Assembly: GCA_029858305.1 (NCBI GenBank)
Contig: JAOUFI010000074.1
Coordinates: forward strand, 1-11,293
Reading direction: 5' to 3'
Source of the DNA: Candidatus Thorarchaeota archaeon
GTDB lineage: Archaea; Asgardarchaeota; Thorarchaeia; Thorarchaeales; Thorarchaeaceae
Length of the DNA: 11,293 bases
The notes under the pieces: generated by a model
What the model was told of the DNA's origin: nothing
Seen by the model: the letters and a program-made list of their open reading frames with translations, nothing else
The model's database searches: none
Program-made: the position numbers and the translations under genes
Shown here: piece by piece, positions 1-6,055 of the stretch
Position numbering within the stretch: position 1 is the stretch's first letter
How the letters are laid out: the number at the start of each line of letters is the position of its first letter

Positions 1-410
1 GTAGTGGTACTCTCACCTATGAGATTGCTGCGGGTATGACACATGCAGGTATAGGTATCTCGACTGCAATCGGTTTGGGCGGAGACCCTTGTGTTGGACT
101 CACAACTATTGAAGCAGTAAAGATGTTCAAAGGGGACAAGAAAACGAAAGCTCTGGTTCTTGTAGGTGAAATCGGTGGCGATGCTGAGGAGAAAGCGGCG
201 GCCTATATCAAAGATAATTACGACCTGCCAGTAGTTGGATTCATAGCTGGAAGAACTGCGCCTCCCGGTAAGAGAATGGGTCATGCAGGTGCGATAATCA
301 GTGGAAGCACTGGCACAGCAGCAGCCAAGATCAAGGCAATGAATGATGCCGGTATTGCGGTCGCTGAAAAGCCTAGTGATGTTTCACGCCTCTTGAAAGA
401 GGCCATGTAG
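1..410 (+). CDS. sucD: Succinyl-CoA ligase alpha subunit, 5'-partial (frame open from the window edge; the ORF-track ATG at 36 is internal)
   Basis: Frame from nt 3 reads SGTLTYE..., followed by GLGGD, GEIGG and the phospho-His motif MGHAGA, all typical of SucD. Confidence 0.95.
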   Translation, partial: SGTLTYEIAAGMTHAGIGISTAIGLGGDPCVGLTTIEAVKMFKGDKKTKALVLVGEIGGDAEEKAAAYIKDNYDLPVVGFIAGRTAPPGKRMGHAGAIISGSTGTAAAKIKAMNDAGIAVAEKPSDVSRLLKEAM

Positions 411-418
411 ATCGAGGA

Positions 419-454
419 TTGCAGAGGGACTCACATAGTAGTCCCTATCTGCAA
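419..454 (+). terminator. Stem-loop just after the sucD stop (possible terminator or mRNA-stabilising hairpin)
   Basis: TTGCAG-AGGGACT (419-431) pairs with AGTCCCT-at-CTGCAA (440-454): 13 bp with a 2-nt bulge. No U-tract follows. Confidence 0.45.
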
Positions 455-477
455 ACTAGTATCACAAACTAGTTTCA
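452..477. repeat. Tandem 13-bp repeat with palindromic ACTAGT cores
   Basis: CAAACTAGTATCA (452-464) and CAAACTAGTTTCA (465-477). AAACTAGTTT (466-475) is a perfect palindrome. Confidence 0.7.
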
Positions 478-503
478 TATTATAAACGGGCCGGAGCACA
501 AGC

Positions 504-511
504 TTTTAAAA
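504..511 (+). promoter_or_regulatory. Probable TATA box for rpl40e
   Basis: TTTTAAAA ~80 nt upstream of the ATG at 590. A second AT-rich candidate (TTATAAA) lies at 480-486. Confidence 0.4.
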
Positions 512-589
512 CAGAACACCGGTGGAAAGCCCGAGCGGGCTCATCAGAGAATTCTCTAACCGCCAAAAACACGAAGAGGTCAAAGAAAG

Positions 590-748
590 ATGCCAGTAGC
601 TGACATCGAAAAACGCAGGCTTGCACAGTACTACTTGCTGTATAAATCAGTATGCCGATATTGCGGAGCAACTAATCCCCTTAAGGCAAAGAAGTGCAGA
701 AAATGCAAGACAAAGGACCTCAGACCAAAGAGGCGTTCAAAGAAGTAA
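590..748 (+). CDS. rpl40e: 50S ribosomal protein L40e (52 aa, not ubiquitin-fused; absent from the ORF track)
   Basis: Manual translation: [52 protein letters not shown]. It has the eL40 zinc ribbon CxxC..NP..A..CRKC and LRPK. A GAGGT SD-like sequence lies upstream. Confidence 0.95.
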   Translation: MPVADIEKRRLAQYYLLYKSVCRYCGATNPLKAKKCRKCKTKDLRPKRRSKK

Positions 749-773
749 TCATCTGATGAATGAGCCGACTTAC

Positions 774-850
774 GGGCCGGTGGTCTAGTCGGCTATGACG
801 TCGCCTTCACATATAATATGCTGTTGCATTCTGCGGGAAGCGGCGAAGGT
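774..850 (+). pseudogene. tRNA-Val(CAC) 5' portion A (positions 1-47) with a 29-nt 37/38 intron (812-840); T-arm and 3' acceptor strand absent
   Basis: Exons GGGCCGGTGGTCTAGTCGGCTATGACGTCGCCTTCACA (774-811) and CGGCGAAGGT (841-850) differ from the intact tRNA at 3040-3147 only in the D-loop and position 47. The BHB is imperfect (TTCA/GGGA has one mismatch). Confidence 0.85.
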
Positions 851-879
851 GCTTCAGTTTAATTACAATATATTTCTCT

Positions 880-2355
880 CTAAGTTATCTGAGCTCTCTC
901 CAGCTCCTTCAGTCTGTTAATTACTCTCGCCCGCATAGTCTTAACTGTCATTGAATCTGTAATTTCCAATGCATTGATTAACGTCTGCTTGGCTGCTTCA
1001 TGCTCTCCAATTGCGACTTGGTATTCTGCTTTTAGCAGTGCATACTTAATCTTGATGCCTAGGTAGTTCTTTTGATACACATGTTTTCGCAGACGAGTCA
1101 TCCATGGACCCGATGTTTCAGCATCTCGGTCATCTTGTGAAGCATTCACAAGCTCCGATATTTCCACTTTTGTAAGGGCTATTAGACATTCATTCACAGT
1201 GATTTGAAAATGAGAATCGCCCATCTCCAAGCACTGCTGAATGAGTTCCCTAGCTGATGTAATATTCCCAAGTGCCAAATCTAAGAGCCCCTGAACATAG
1301 AGGTAGCTCATCATATCCTGTTCATTTCCTGAATCCATCGCTTGTCTTTGTGCAATGTTCAAATATCCGGCCGCTCGGTCCAATTCGTTTTTCAACAGAA
1401 GTGCTAATGCCATGCTTGAATTGAGCTGCGCGTGATCAAATTCGAATGATTTAGAGTATATTTGCAGCCATTCAATAGATTCTTTTGGCTGTTCAAGGGC
1501 ATTATGAATTCTGGCTGCTACGAGACTGGTTAACATTCTAGGGGTTTCAGAATAACTTGAAATAACTTCGAATTCTTCTCTAACCAGCTCCAACGCCATG
1601 TCATACTCGCCAAGAGCTTCATACGCAATGGCCATGATTATCGCAACTGCAGTGACTGCATTTCTCCTACTATCTCTTGTTTTGGCCATTGTATATGCTT
1701 CATCGAGTATCTCCAAACCTTTGTGAACATCGAAGTCTTTGATTATGTTACCCTTAATTGCAAGCAGGCTGACAATTTCGAGAATATCATCGTATTCCTT
1801 TGCTATTTCCAAAGACTCATCGAGAACACTAATTGCTCCATCAACATCTCCCTGACTTCGTAATGAATACTGTATACTGCCAGCGATCAGCGGAAGAAAC
1901 CTACGCATTTCGTGTTGTTTCTCAACAGACTCCCTTGCTAATTCAACGTATTTCGAGAAGTTTGGTTCCCCCAGTATCCAGACTCCAAGCACATAGAGAT
2001 GGAAGAGAATCCAATTATCTGAAGTTGCATCTATCGCTTGTTGAAGTGCAATAGCCGCCTTATTCTGGTCTTCCTTCAACACCTGATCTTCATATTTGAA
2101 GAAGAGGAATGGTCTTGTGAGAACTGATTCGCTACATCGCTTCTTCATCTTTTGCCAACAATCTTGATAAGTAATCGCATGGATAATCGAGAAGAACACC
2201 AAGTCTGAACTAATCGGATGGTTCTTGGACTCTTCTACAATATTGACAACAAAATCACGATAGTCTCCAGACTCGTTTACAATTGATTCAATGACTTCTT
2301 TAATTTCATCGGTGAGAAAGGGATAGTACAACGAGATTGTTCCGATTGACTTCAT
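880..2355 (-). CDS. Alpha-helical repeat (TPR-like) protein, ~491 aa; likely leaderless start at MKSIGTIS (2355) rather than 2409
   Basis: Long ORF with repeated TPR-like helices (GDVDGAISVLDESLEIA, AIAYEALGEYDMALEL, LGNITSARELIQQCLE, IGEHEAAKQTLINALEI). TTTATA lies 26 nt upstream of ATG 2355. Confidence 0.8.
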   Translation of the reverse strand: MKSIGTISLYYPFLTDEIKEVIESIVNESGDYRDFVVNIVEESKNHPISSDLVFFSIIHAITYQDCWQKMKKRCSESVLTRPFLFFKYEDQVLKEDQNKAAIALQQAIDATSDNWILFHLYVLGVWILGEPNFSKYVELARESVEKQHEMRRFLPLIAGSIQYSLRSQGDVDGAISVLDESLEIAKEYDDILEIVSLLAIKGNIIKDFDVHKGLEILDEAYTMAKTRDSRRNAVTAVAIIMAIAYEALGEYDMALELVREEFEVISSYSETPRMLTSLVAARIHNALEQPKESIEWLQIYSKSFEFDHAQLNSSMALALLLKNELDRAAGYLNIAQRQAMDSGNEQDMMSYLYVQGLLDLALGNITSARELIQQCLEMGDSHFQITVNECLIALTKVEISELVNASQDDRDAETSGPWMTRLRKHVYQKNYLGIKIKYALLKAEYQVAIGEHEAAKQTLINALEITDSMTVKTMRARVINRLKELERAQIT

Positions 2356-2380
2356 CTTACTGAGAGAAACATAACTCCGA

Positions 2381-2386
2381 TATAAA
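2381..2386 (-). promoter_or_regulatory. TATA box of the TPR-like gene
   Basis: Minus-strand TTTATA at the spacing expected for a leaderless transcript starting at ATG 2355. Confidence 0.55.
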
Positions 2387-2474
2387 TCAAAGTGGAAATG
2401 ACTTTTCATCGTTTATAGTTACACTGAGCGTCTAAACAGCTCGGAACTTCAAGATATGCAATTGATTGTTTCTC

Positions 2475-2488
2475 CGCCATTCTTAAAT
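2475..2488 (+). promoter_or_regulatory. BRE/TATA promoter upstream of tRNA-Val 5' portion B
   Basis: CGCCATTCTTAAAT ends 32 nt before G1 and is 12/14 identical to CGTCATTCTTATAT upstream of the intact tRNA-Val. Confidence 0.65.
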
Positions 2489-2519
2489 ACAAATGCCCTC
2501 GTTTGACCCTTTTAGGACA

Positions 2520-2596
2520 GGGCCGGTGATCTAGTTGGCCATGACATTGCCTTCACATGTTGGGTTCGATTGTATTCAACTGGAAGCAGTGAAGGT
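2520..2596 (+). pseudogene. tRNA-Val(CAC) 5' portion B (positions 1-47) with a 29-nt 37/38 intron (2558-2586); T-arm and 3' acceptor strand absent
   Basis: Exons GGGCCGGTGATCTAGTTGGCCATGACATTGCCTTCACA and CAGTGAAGGT. The BHB is good (central TTCA/TGGA, bulges CA^T and AG^C, inner helix GTTGGGT/ATTCAAC), but the exon stems have A10-C25 and C31-A39 mismatches. Confidence 0.85.
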
Positions 2597-2676
2597 GATC
2601 CAAAAACTGCTCCGAAAACTAGGTAATTTCGTCTAGTTGAACCATTTGGCGTAATGACAATCTCAAATCCTGATAA

Positions 2677-2862
2677 CTACGTCCAGTGTCTTTTGATGTT
2701 ATAGCGAAGCAGGACTAGTCCAATGATAAGAATAACGACACCAAAACTTAATGTTTCTGTGAACTGTGATCCTCTAACTAGCATGTCAACTCCCATCCAA
2801 ATAAATAGCCCACCTACGCATGGGAAAAGGATTGCCAGCTTCCCGGACACTCGCTCATCCAA
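2677..2862 (-). CDS. Small hypothetical membrane protein (61 aa, two predicted TM helices)
   Basis: Two hydrophobic segments (LAILFPCVGGLFIWMGV, LSFGVVILIIGLVLL) and a basic tail. The TTG start has a GGTGA SD and an AT-rich TATA-like stretch near 2895-2906. Confidence 0.65.
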   Translation of the reverse strand: MDERVSGKLAILFPCVGGLFIWMGVDMLVRGSQFTETLSFGVVILIIGLVLLRYNIKRHWT

Positions 2863-2927
2863 CAGACTTCACCACATTTCACTAGAGTTCAAGAATTTAT
2901 ATTATAGCTATATAGCATAGTATTAGT

Positions 2928-3019
2928 CTCGTGGATTTCGGAGGATTTCTAAATGGCGGGTGTTTATTCAATTATCACTTGAAGCTGTACGATTCACTTG
3001 TTTTAAGCACTCGTGGATT
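2928..3019 (-). repeat. Two copies of AATCCACGAG (2928-2937, 3010-3019) containing tRNA-Val positions 47-53
   Basis: Plus-strand CTCGTGGATT occurs twice, and CTCGTGG also occurs inside the intact tRNA at 3093-3099. Confidence 0.7.
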
Positions 3020-3039
3020 AAGAAGATTGTTGAATAAGA

Positions 3040-3147
3040 TGGTGGGCCGGACGAGATGTATTCCATTTCGAGGAGGTCTCGAAAAGTTCGAACTCGTGGC
3101 CTTCGCCGTGTGAAGGCGACGTCATAACCGGTCTAGACCACCGGCCC
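3040..3147 (-). tRNA. Intact tRNA-Val(CAC) with encoded CCA and a 30-nt non-canonical intron at 58/59 (3058-3087)
   Basis: Acceptor GGGCCGG/CCGGCCC plus ACCA; anticodon stem TCGCC/GGCGA with CAC at 3112-3110; T-stem ACGAG/CTCGT. The BHB (GTTC/GAAT, bulges GA^A and AC^A, inner hairpin TTTCGAG/CTCGAAA) restores the T-loop TTCGAAT after splicing. Confidence 0.95.
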
Positions 3148-3173
3148 ATATACTATTCGGGAAAGTCTACAAG

Positions 3174-3187
3174 ATATAAGAATGACG
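3174..3187 (-). promoter_or_regulatory. BRE/TATA promoter of the intact tRNA-Val
   Basis: Minus-strand CGTCATTCTTATAT ends 27 nt upstream of G1. Confidence 0.7.
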
Positions 3188-3220
3188 CTGAAAGATATCT
3201 GTGGTCATTCCAATTGGATT

Positions 3221-3246
3221 CTAGCGAAGTCGCTCCCGGCGCACCA
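3221..3246 (+). other. tRNA-Val 3'-end-like element A
   Basis: C-TAGCG-AAGT-CGCTC-CCGGCGC-ACCA: 10 of the last 11 nt match the tRNA-Val 3' end. It has a T-stem-like AGCG/CGCT but only a 4-nt loop. Confidence 0.5.
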
Positions 3247-3283
3247 TACTTGTTATTTGCTCTCTGTATGTAAATTGATGATA

Positions 3284-3300
3284 CAGCGTTACAGTTATAA
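3284..3300 (+). promoter_or_regulatory. Probable BRE/TATA promoter for rpl38e
   Basis: CAGCGT-N5-TTATAA has the same layout as CAGCGT-N5-TTATAT in the divergent tRNA-Val promoter. Confidence 0.6.
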
Positions 3301-3333
3301 CCCAACCAATCGACCTCCGATTAGTCACGCTGG

Positions 3334-3361
3334 ACTGATTCAAGTCATGTCCGGCTCACCA
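3334..3361 (+). other. tRNA-Val 3'-end-like element B in the rpl38e leader
   Basis: TTCAAGT-CATGT-CCGGCTC-ACCA (3339-3361) is 18/23 identical to the spliced tRNA-Val positions 54-76. CCGGCTC pairs fully with GGGCCGG (one G-U). Confidence 0.55.
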
Positions 3362-3387
3362 CCAAAAGAGCATAATGGGGCGTTTCA

Positions 3388-3603
3388 ATGCCAAAACAAA
3401 TCACTGATGTCGACAAGTTCCTCGAGATGACTGAGGATGCAGTAGAGTGCCGGGTTAAGAGAAACACGAATTCAGTCAAGCTCAAACTCCGCACGACCAA
3501 CTACCTCTACACTATCATTCTTGAACCCCAGAAGGCTGAAGAAATCATCCAGCAAGTGAAGTGTCAGGTCGTTGAGGCACGAACAAAGGCCGAAGAAGCC
3601 TAG
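3388..3603 (+). CDS. rpl38e: 50S ribosomal protein L38e
   Basis: MPKQITDVDKFLE, VKLKLRTTNYLYT and the ~70-aa length match eL38. Confidence 0.92.
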   Translation: MPKQITDVDKFLEMTEDAVECRVKRNTNSVKLKLRTTNYLYTIILEPQKAEEIIQQVKCQVVEARTKAEEA

Positions 3604-4865
3604 AAACTTATCTTCTCATTAAGCTCTGCAACATGTGCTTTCCTTCCCCGTTTCTCTAGTTTTTCTGCAAGGGCATCACAAGACTCTGACTCACCGTGTA
3701 CGAGGTAGAACTCAGGTTCACCGGGTATCTTCGTGAGCATATCAAGAAGTCCTCTAGAGTCTGAGTGGGAAGATAGATGATGCTGGCGGACATCTGCAGT
3801 CACATTGAATTCACGACTTCCTACAACCACTTTTCCAGTTCTGAGAAGTTCCTCACCTGGAGTACCAGGAATCTGAAAACTCACAAACACAATAGCGTTC
3901 TTAGGATCATCGTGTAACATCTTGAAATAGAGATGAGAGGCGCCACCCTTGAGCATCCCAGCAGGGGAGATAATTATACCACCTTTCCGGACTGCATCTT
4001 TTCGGTCACGATCGTCATTGATGATAAGAGCACGCCCAACTGCTCTCTGGAGAGCTTGAGGACTTTGGAGGTATTGTGGGTGTCGCACAAGTATCTCATC
4101 GACTTCTCGAGCCATTCCATCAATATATATTGGATATTTCTTTGGGAGATTTGCACGTTCTAGAATGCACATTATCTCCTGACTTCGACCAACCCCGAAC
4201 GCAGGAATGAGGACGGTGCCTCCACGTTCTTTTGTTTCTATAACAGTCTGGATGAGCGCTTCCTCAGTTGTTTCCCTTGGAGGATTGATACGACGGGCAT
4301 AGGTACTTTCAGTTACAACAATATCATGCTTTGGAAGGTTCTTTCTCGCTCCAGGGGTGAGATGGGATTCGATGGCATTGAAGTCTCCTGTGAATAAGAT
4401 TCGTTTCTCATCTACTCTAACCGAAACCATAGCACTTCCAGGGATATGACCTGCGTTGAACAGAGTCATCTCAAAATGACGGCCTAGGGGCATGGTTTCT
4501 TCATAGGAGATAGATTCGTATTGTCTGCGCACTAATGCTATATCCTTGAGCGTAAATGGCAATCTACCATGTGATATCTTGTACATATCTCGAAGAAGAA
4601 GAAGACTAAGATCACGTGTCGCGGGAGTGCAGAAGAGCGACGCCTCAGTTTCTTTTAGAATGATTGGAAGACCTCCTGAATGATCAAGATGAGCATGTGT
4701 GAGAGCAACTCCTTGAAGATTCTCAACTGGTATCATGTCAGGAAACTTCGGAGGTTCTGAGAATTTGACGCCATAATCTACAAGAATACTCTCATCTTTT
4801 GCTTCTAAGAAAAATCCTGAACGACCAACCTCTCGGCAAGAACCGAGGAATGTTAATTTTGCCAT
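3600..4865 (-). CDS. Metallo-beta-lactamase/beta-CASP ribonuclease without N-terminal KH domains (aCPSF2-like, CPSF73/YSH1 family)
   Basis: Motifs EVGRSG, THAHLDH, AGHIPGS, TGDF, TESTY, GRSQE, SSHSD and VHGE. Confidence 0.92.
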   Translation of the reverse strand: MAKLTFLGSCREVGRSGFFLEAKDESILVDYGVKFSEPPKFPDMIPVENLQGVALTHAHLDHSGGLPIILKETEASLFCTPATRDLSLLLLRDMYKISHGRLPFTLKDIALVRRQYESISYEETMPLGRHFEMTLFNAGHIPGSAMVSVRVDEKRILFTGDFNAIESHLTPGARKNLPKHDIVVTESTYARRINPPRETTEEALIQTVIETKERGGTVLIPAFGVGRSQEIMCILERANLPKKYPIYIDGMAREVDEILVRHPQYLQSPQALQRAVGRALIINDDRDRKDAVRKGGIIISPAGMLKGGASHLYFKMLHDDPKNAIVFVSFQIPGTPGEELLRTGKVVVGSREFNVTADVRQHHLSSHSDSRGLLDMLTKIPGEPEFYLVHGESESCDALAEKLEKRGRKAHVAELNEKISF

Positions 4866-4986
4866 CTACCGTTACTTCCTGATGCATTGCCACTAGTGAG
4901 TAAGAAAAAGGTTTGCTAATATGTAGTTATTGAAACCAAAACACCTTTTGCTTAGTTTTCACATATGCATAAAGCCTATAGCTAAA

Positions 4987-4998
4987 CGAAATCTATAT
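4987..4998 (+). promoter_or_regulatory. Probable BRE/TATA promoter for albA and the NusA-like gene
   Basis: CGAAAT-CTATAT ~60 nt upstream of the GTG start, similar to CGAAAT-CCTTAA upstream of rpl21e. Confidence 0.45.
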
Positions 4999-5056
4999 CA
5001 GATAGCATACCCTCATCACATGAATGTGGTTCAAGTAGTAGGCGGAGAGACTTCGG

Positions 5057-5395
5057 GTGACAGAGGATAAGTCAAGTAAAAAGGTCAGTAATAAACAAAC
5101 TGAATCAAAGGCTCTGCGGGATAGTAAAGACATGGACTGTATCCTAGTGGGTAACAAGAATGTCATGTCCTATGTACTAGCCTGCGTTACATTATTCAAT
5201 AAAGGTGCAAAAGAAGTTGTAATCAAAGCGCGTGGACGGCTCATAAGTCGAGCTGTGGATGTTGCAGAGATTACAAGACATAGATTCATTGAAGATCTCA
5301 TGGTCAAGCATATTGAGATTGGTACTACCTCTGTTCAAACAGACAAGGGTAGTGACCTCAATGTATCAACAATCGACATTACGCTCTCCAGATAG
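5057..5395 (+). CDS. albA: DNA/RNA-binding protein Alba with a charged N-terminal extension
   Basis: [30 protein letters not shown] and [13 protein letters not shown] lies upstream of the GTG start. Confidence 0.95.
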   Translation: MTEDKSSKKVSNKQTESKALRDSKDMDCILVGNKNVMSYVLACVTLFNKGAKEVVIKARGRLISRAVDVAEITRHRFIEDLMVKHIEIGTTSVQTDKGSDLNVSTIDITLSR

Positions 5396-5461
5396 ATGCC
5401 TTTATGTTCTCGCCCGAAGTTCAGTCTTTACTGAGCCTTCGAAACTGGCGAGGAAGAATAA

Positions 5462-6049
5462 ATGAAACTGCCTATTTGTAACTTTGATTTAGAATCAGAT
5501 ATGCTATGTCCCAATTGCCAAGCTAGGTTCGACCGTGGGGAAATCACGCAGTTTGATATCGAGTTCAGCAAATGGATGTTGGATAAGGAGAAAAAATACC
5601 CCAATATCGAAAATCTGAACATTCTGAAAGCGGCCAAGGCAGAAACCCGTCTAATCCTAGTGGTGAAGAAAAAGAACAAGGAACTTTTGCTCTCTGAGGA
5701 GTCCCTAGTACAGGAATTATTCGAGCAATTCGGAGAACTCATTGTCATAGAGGGGCCAGCCAAGTTGAGAACGGTAGTCAGAGAATTCATTTTTCCTGCA
5801 ATAGAAGTTGGTGTCAATAATCTCTACTCTCCAGATGGAACGAAAGAAAGCATCGTCATGCTTCGAGAGGGGGATAGAGAGAGAATTAAATTCAGCAAGG
5901 ATGAGCTTCGTACCATTGTATCCGCAATCATGGGCGAATCAGTCCTATTTGAGTATCAAGATGACCGTAGGCAACTGATTAAGGAAGAAGAGGTCAAGGA
6001 CGAATTTGAGCAACGGATGAAAGAGCTTGAAGAACACCGTGCCAGGTAG
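5462..6049 (+). CDS. NusA-like transcription factor paralogue with an N-terminal Cys cluster (NusA2 type)
   Basis: PIC.FD...DMLCPNCQ N-terminus followed by degenerate KH-like segments, located directly downstream of albA. Confidence 0.75.
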   Translation: MKLPICNFDLESDMLCPNCQARFDRGEITQFDIEFSKWMLDKEKKYPNIENLNILKAAKAETRLILVVKKKNKELLLSEESLVQELFEQFGELIVIEGPAKLRTVVREFIFPAIEVGVNNLYSPDGTKESIVMLREGDRERIKFSKDELRTIVSAIMGESVLFEYQDDRRQLIKEEEVKDEFEQRMKELEEHRAR

Positions 6050-6055
6050 ATAAAG

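Noticed and set aside
524-548. Hammerhead-like CTGATGA plus hairpin on the minus strand
   Set aside because: The stem is followed by TTTC rather than the required GAAA, so there is no catalytic core.
535-563. GCGGGCTCAT resembling a tRNA-Met anticodon arm
   Set aside because: No D-arm, T-arm or acceptor stem around it.
480-671. 63-aa minus-strand ORF
   Set aside because: Antisense shadow of rpl40e and its leader.
753-800. TGATGA as box C of a C/D sRNA (also GTGATGA at 10567-10573)
   Set aside because: No properly spaced CTGA D or D' boxes were found.
2928-3099. CRISPR mini-array
   Set aside because: The repeats are only 7-10 nt with ~72-nt gaps, and there are no cas genes in the window.
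851-3338. A single giant BHB intron joining portion A to 3'-like element B, or an autonomous integrated element
   Set aside because: No canonical BHB at the junction, the joined T-stem would be defective, and no integrase or transposase is present. Kept only as part of the broader hypothesis.
2723-3430. ORFs 2723..2920, 2931..3113 and 3182..3430
   Set aside because: They overlap the membrane gene, the tRNA or rpl38e and its promoter, and show no protein-like features.
5407-5454. SECIS element (also considered for 419-454)
   Set aside because: No in-frame TGA selenoprotein candidate nearby and no clear SECIS core.
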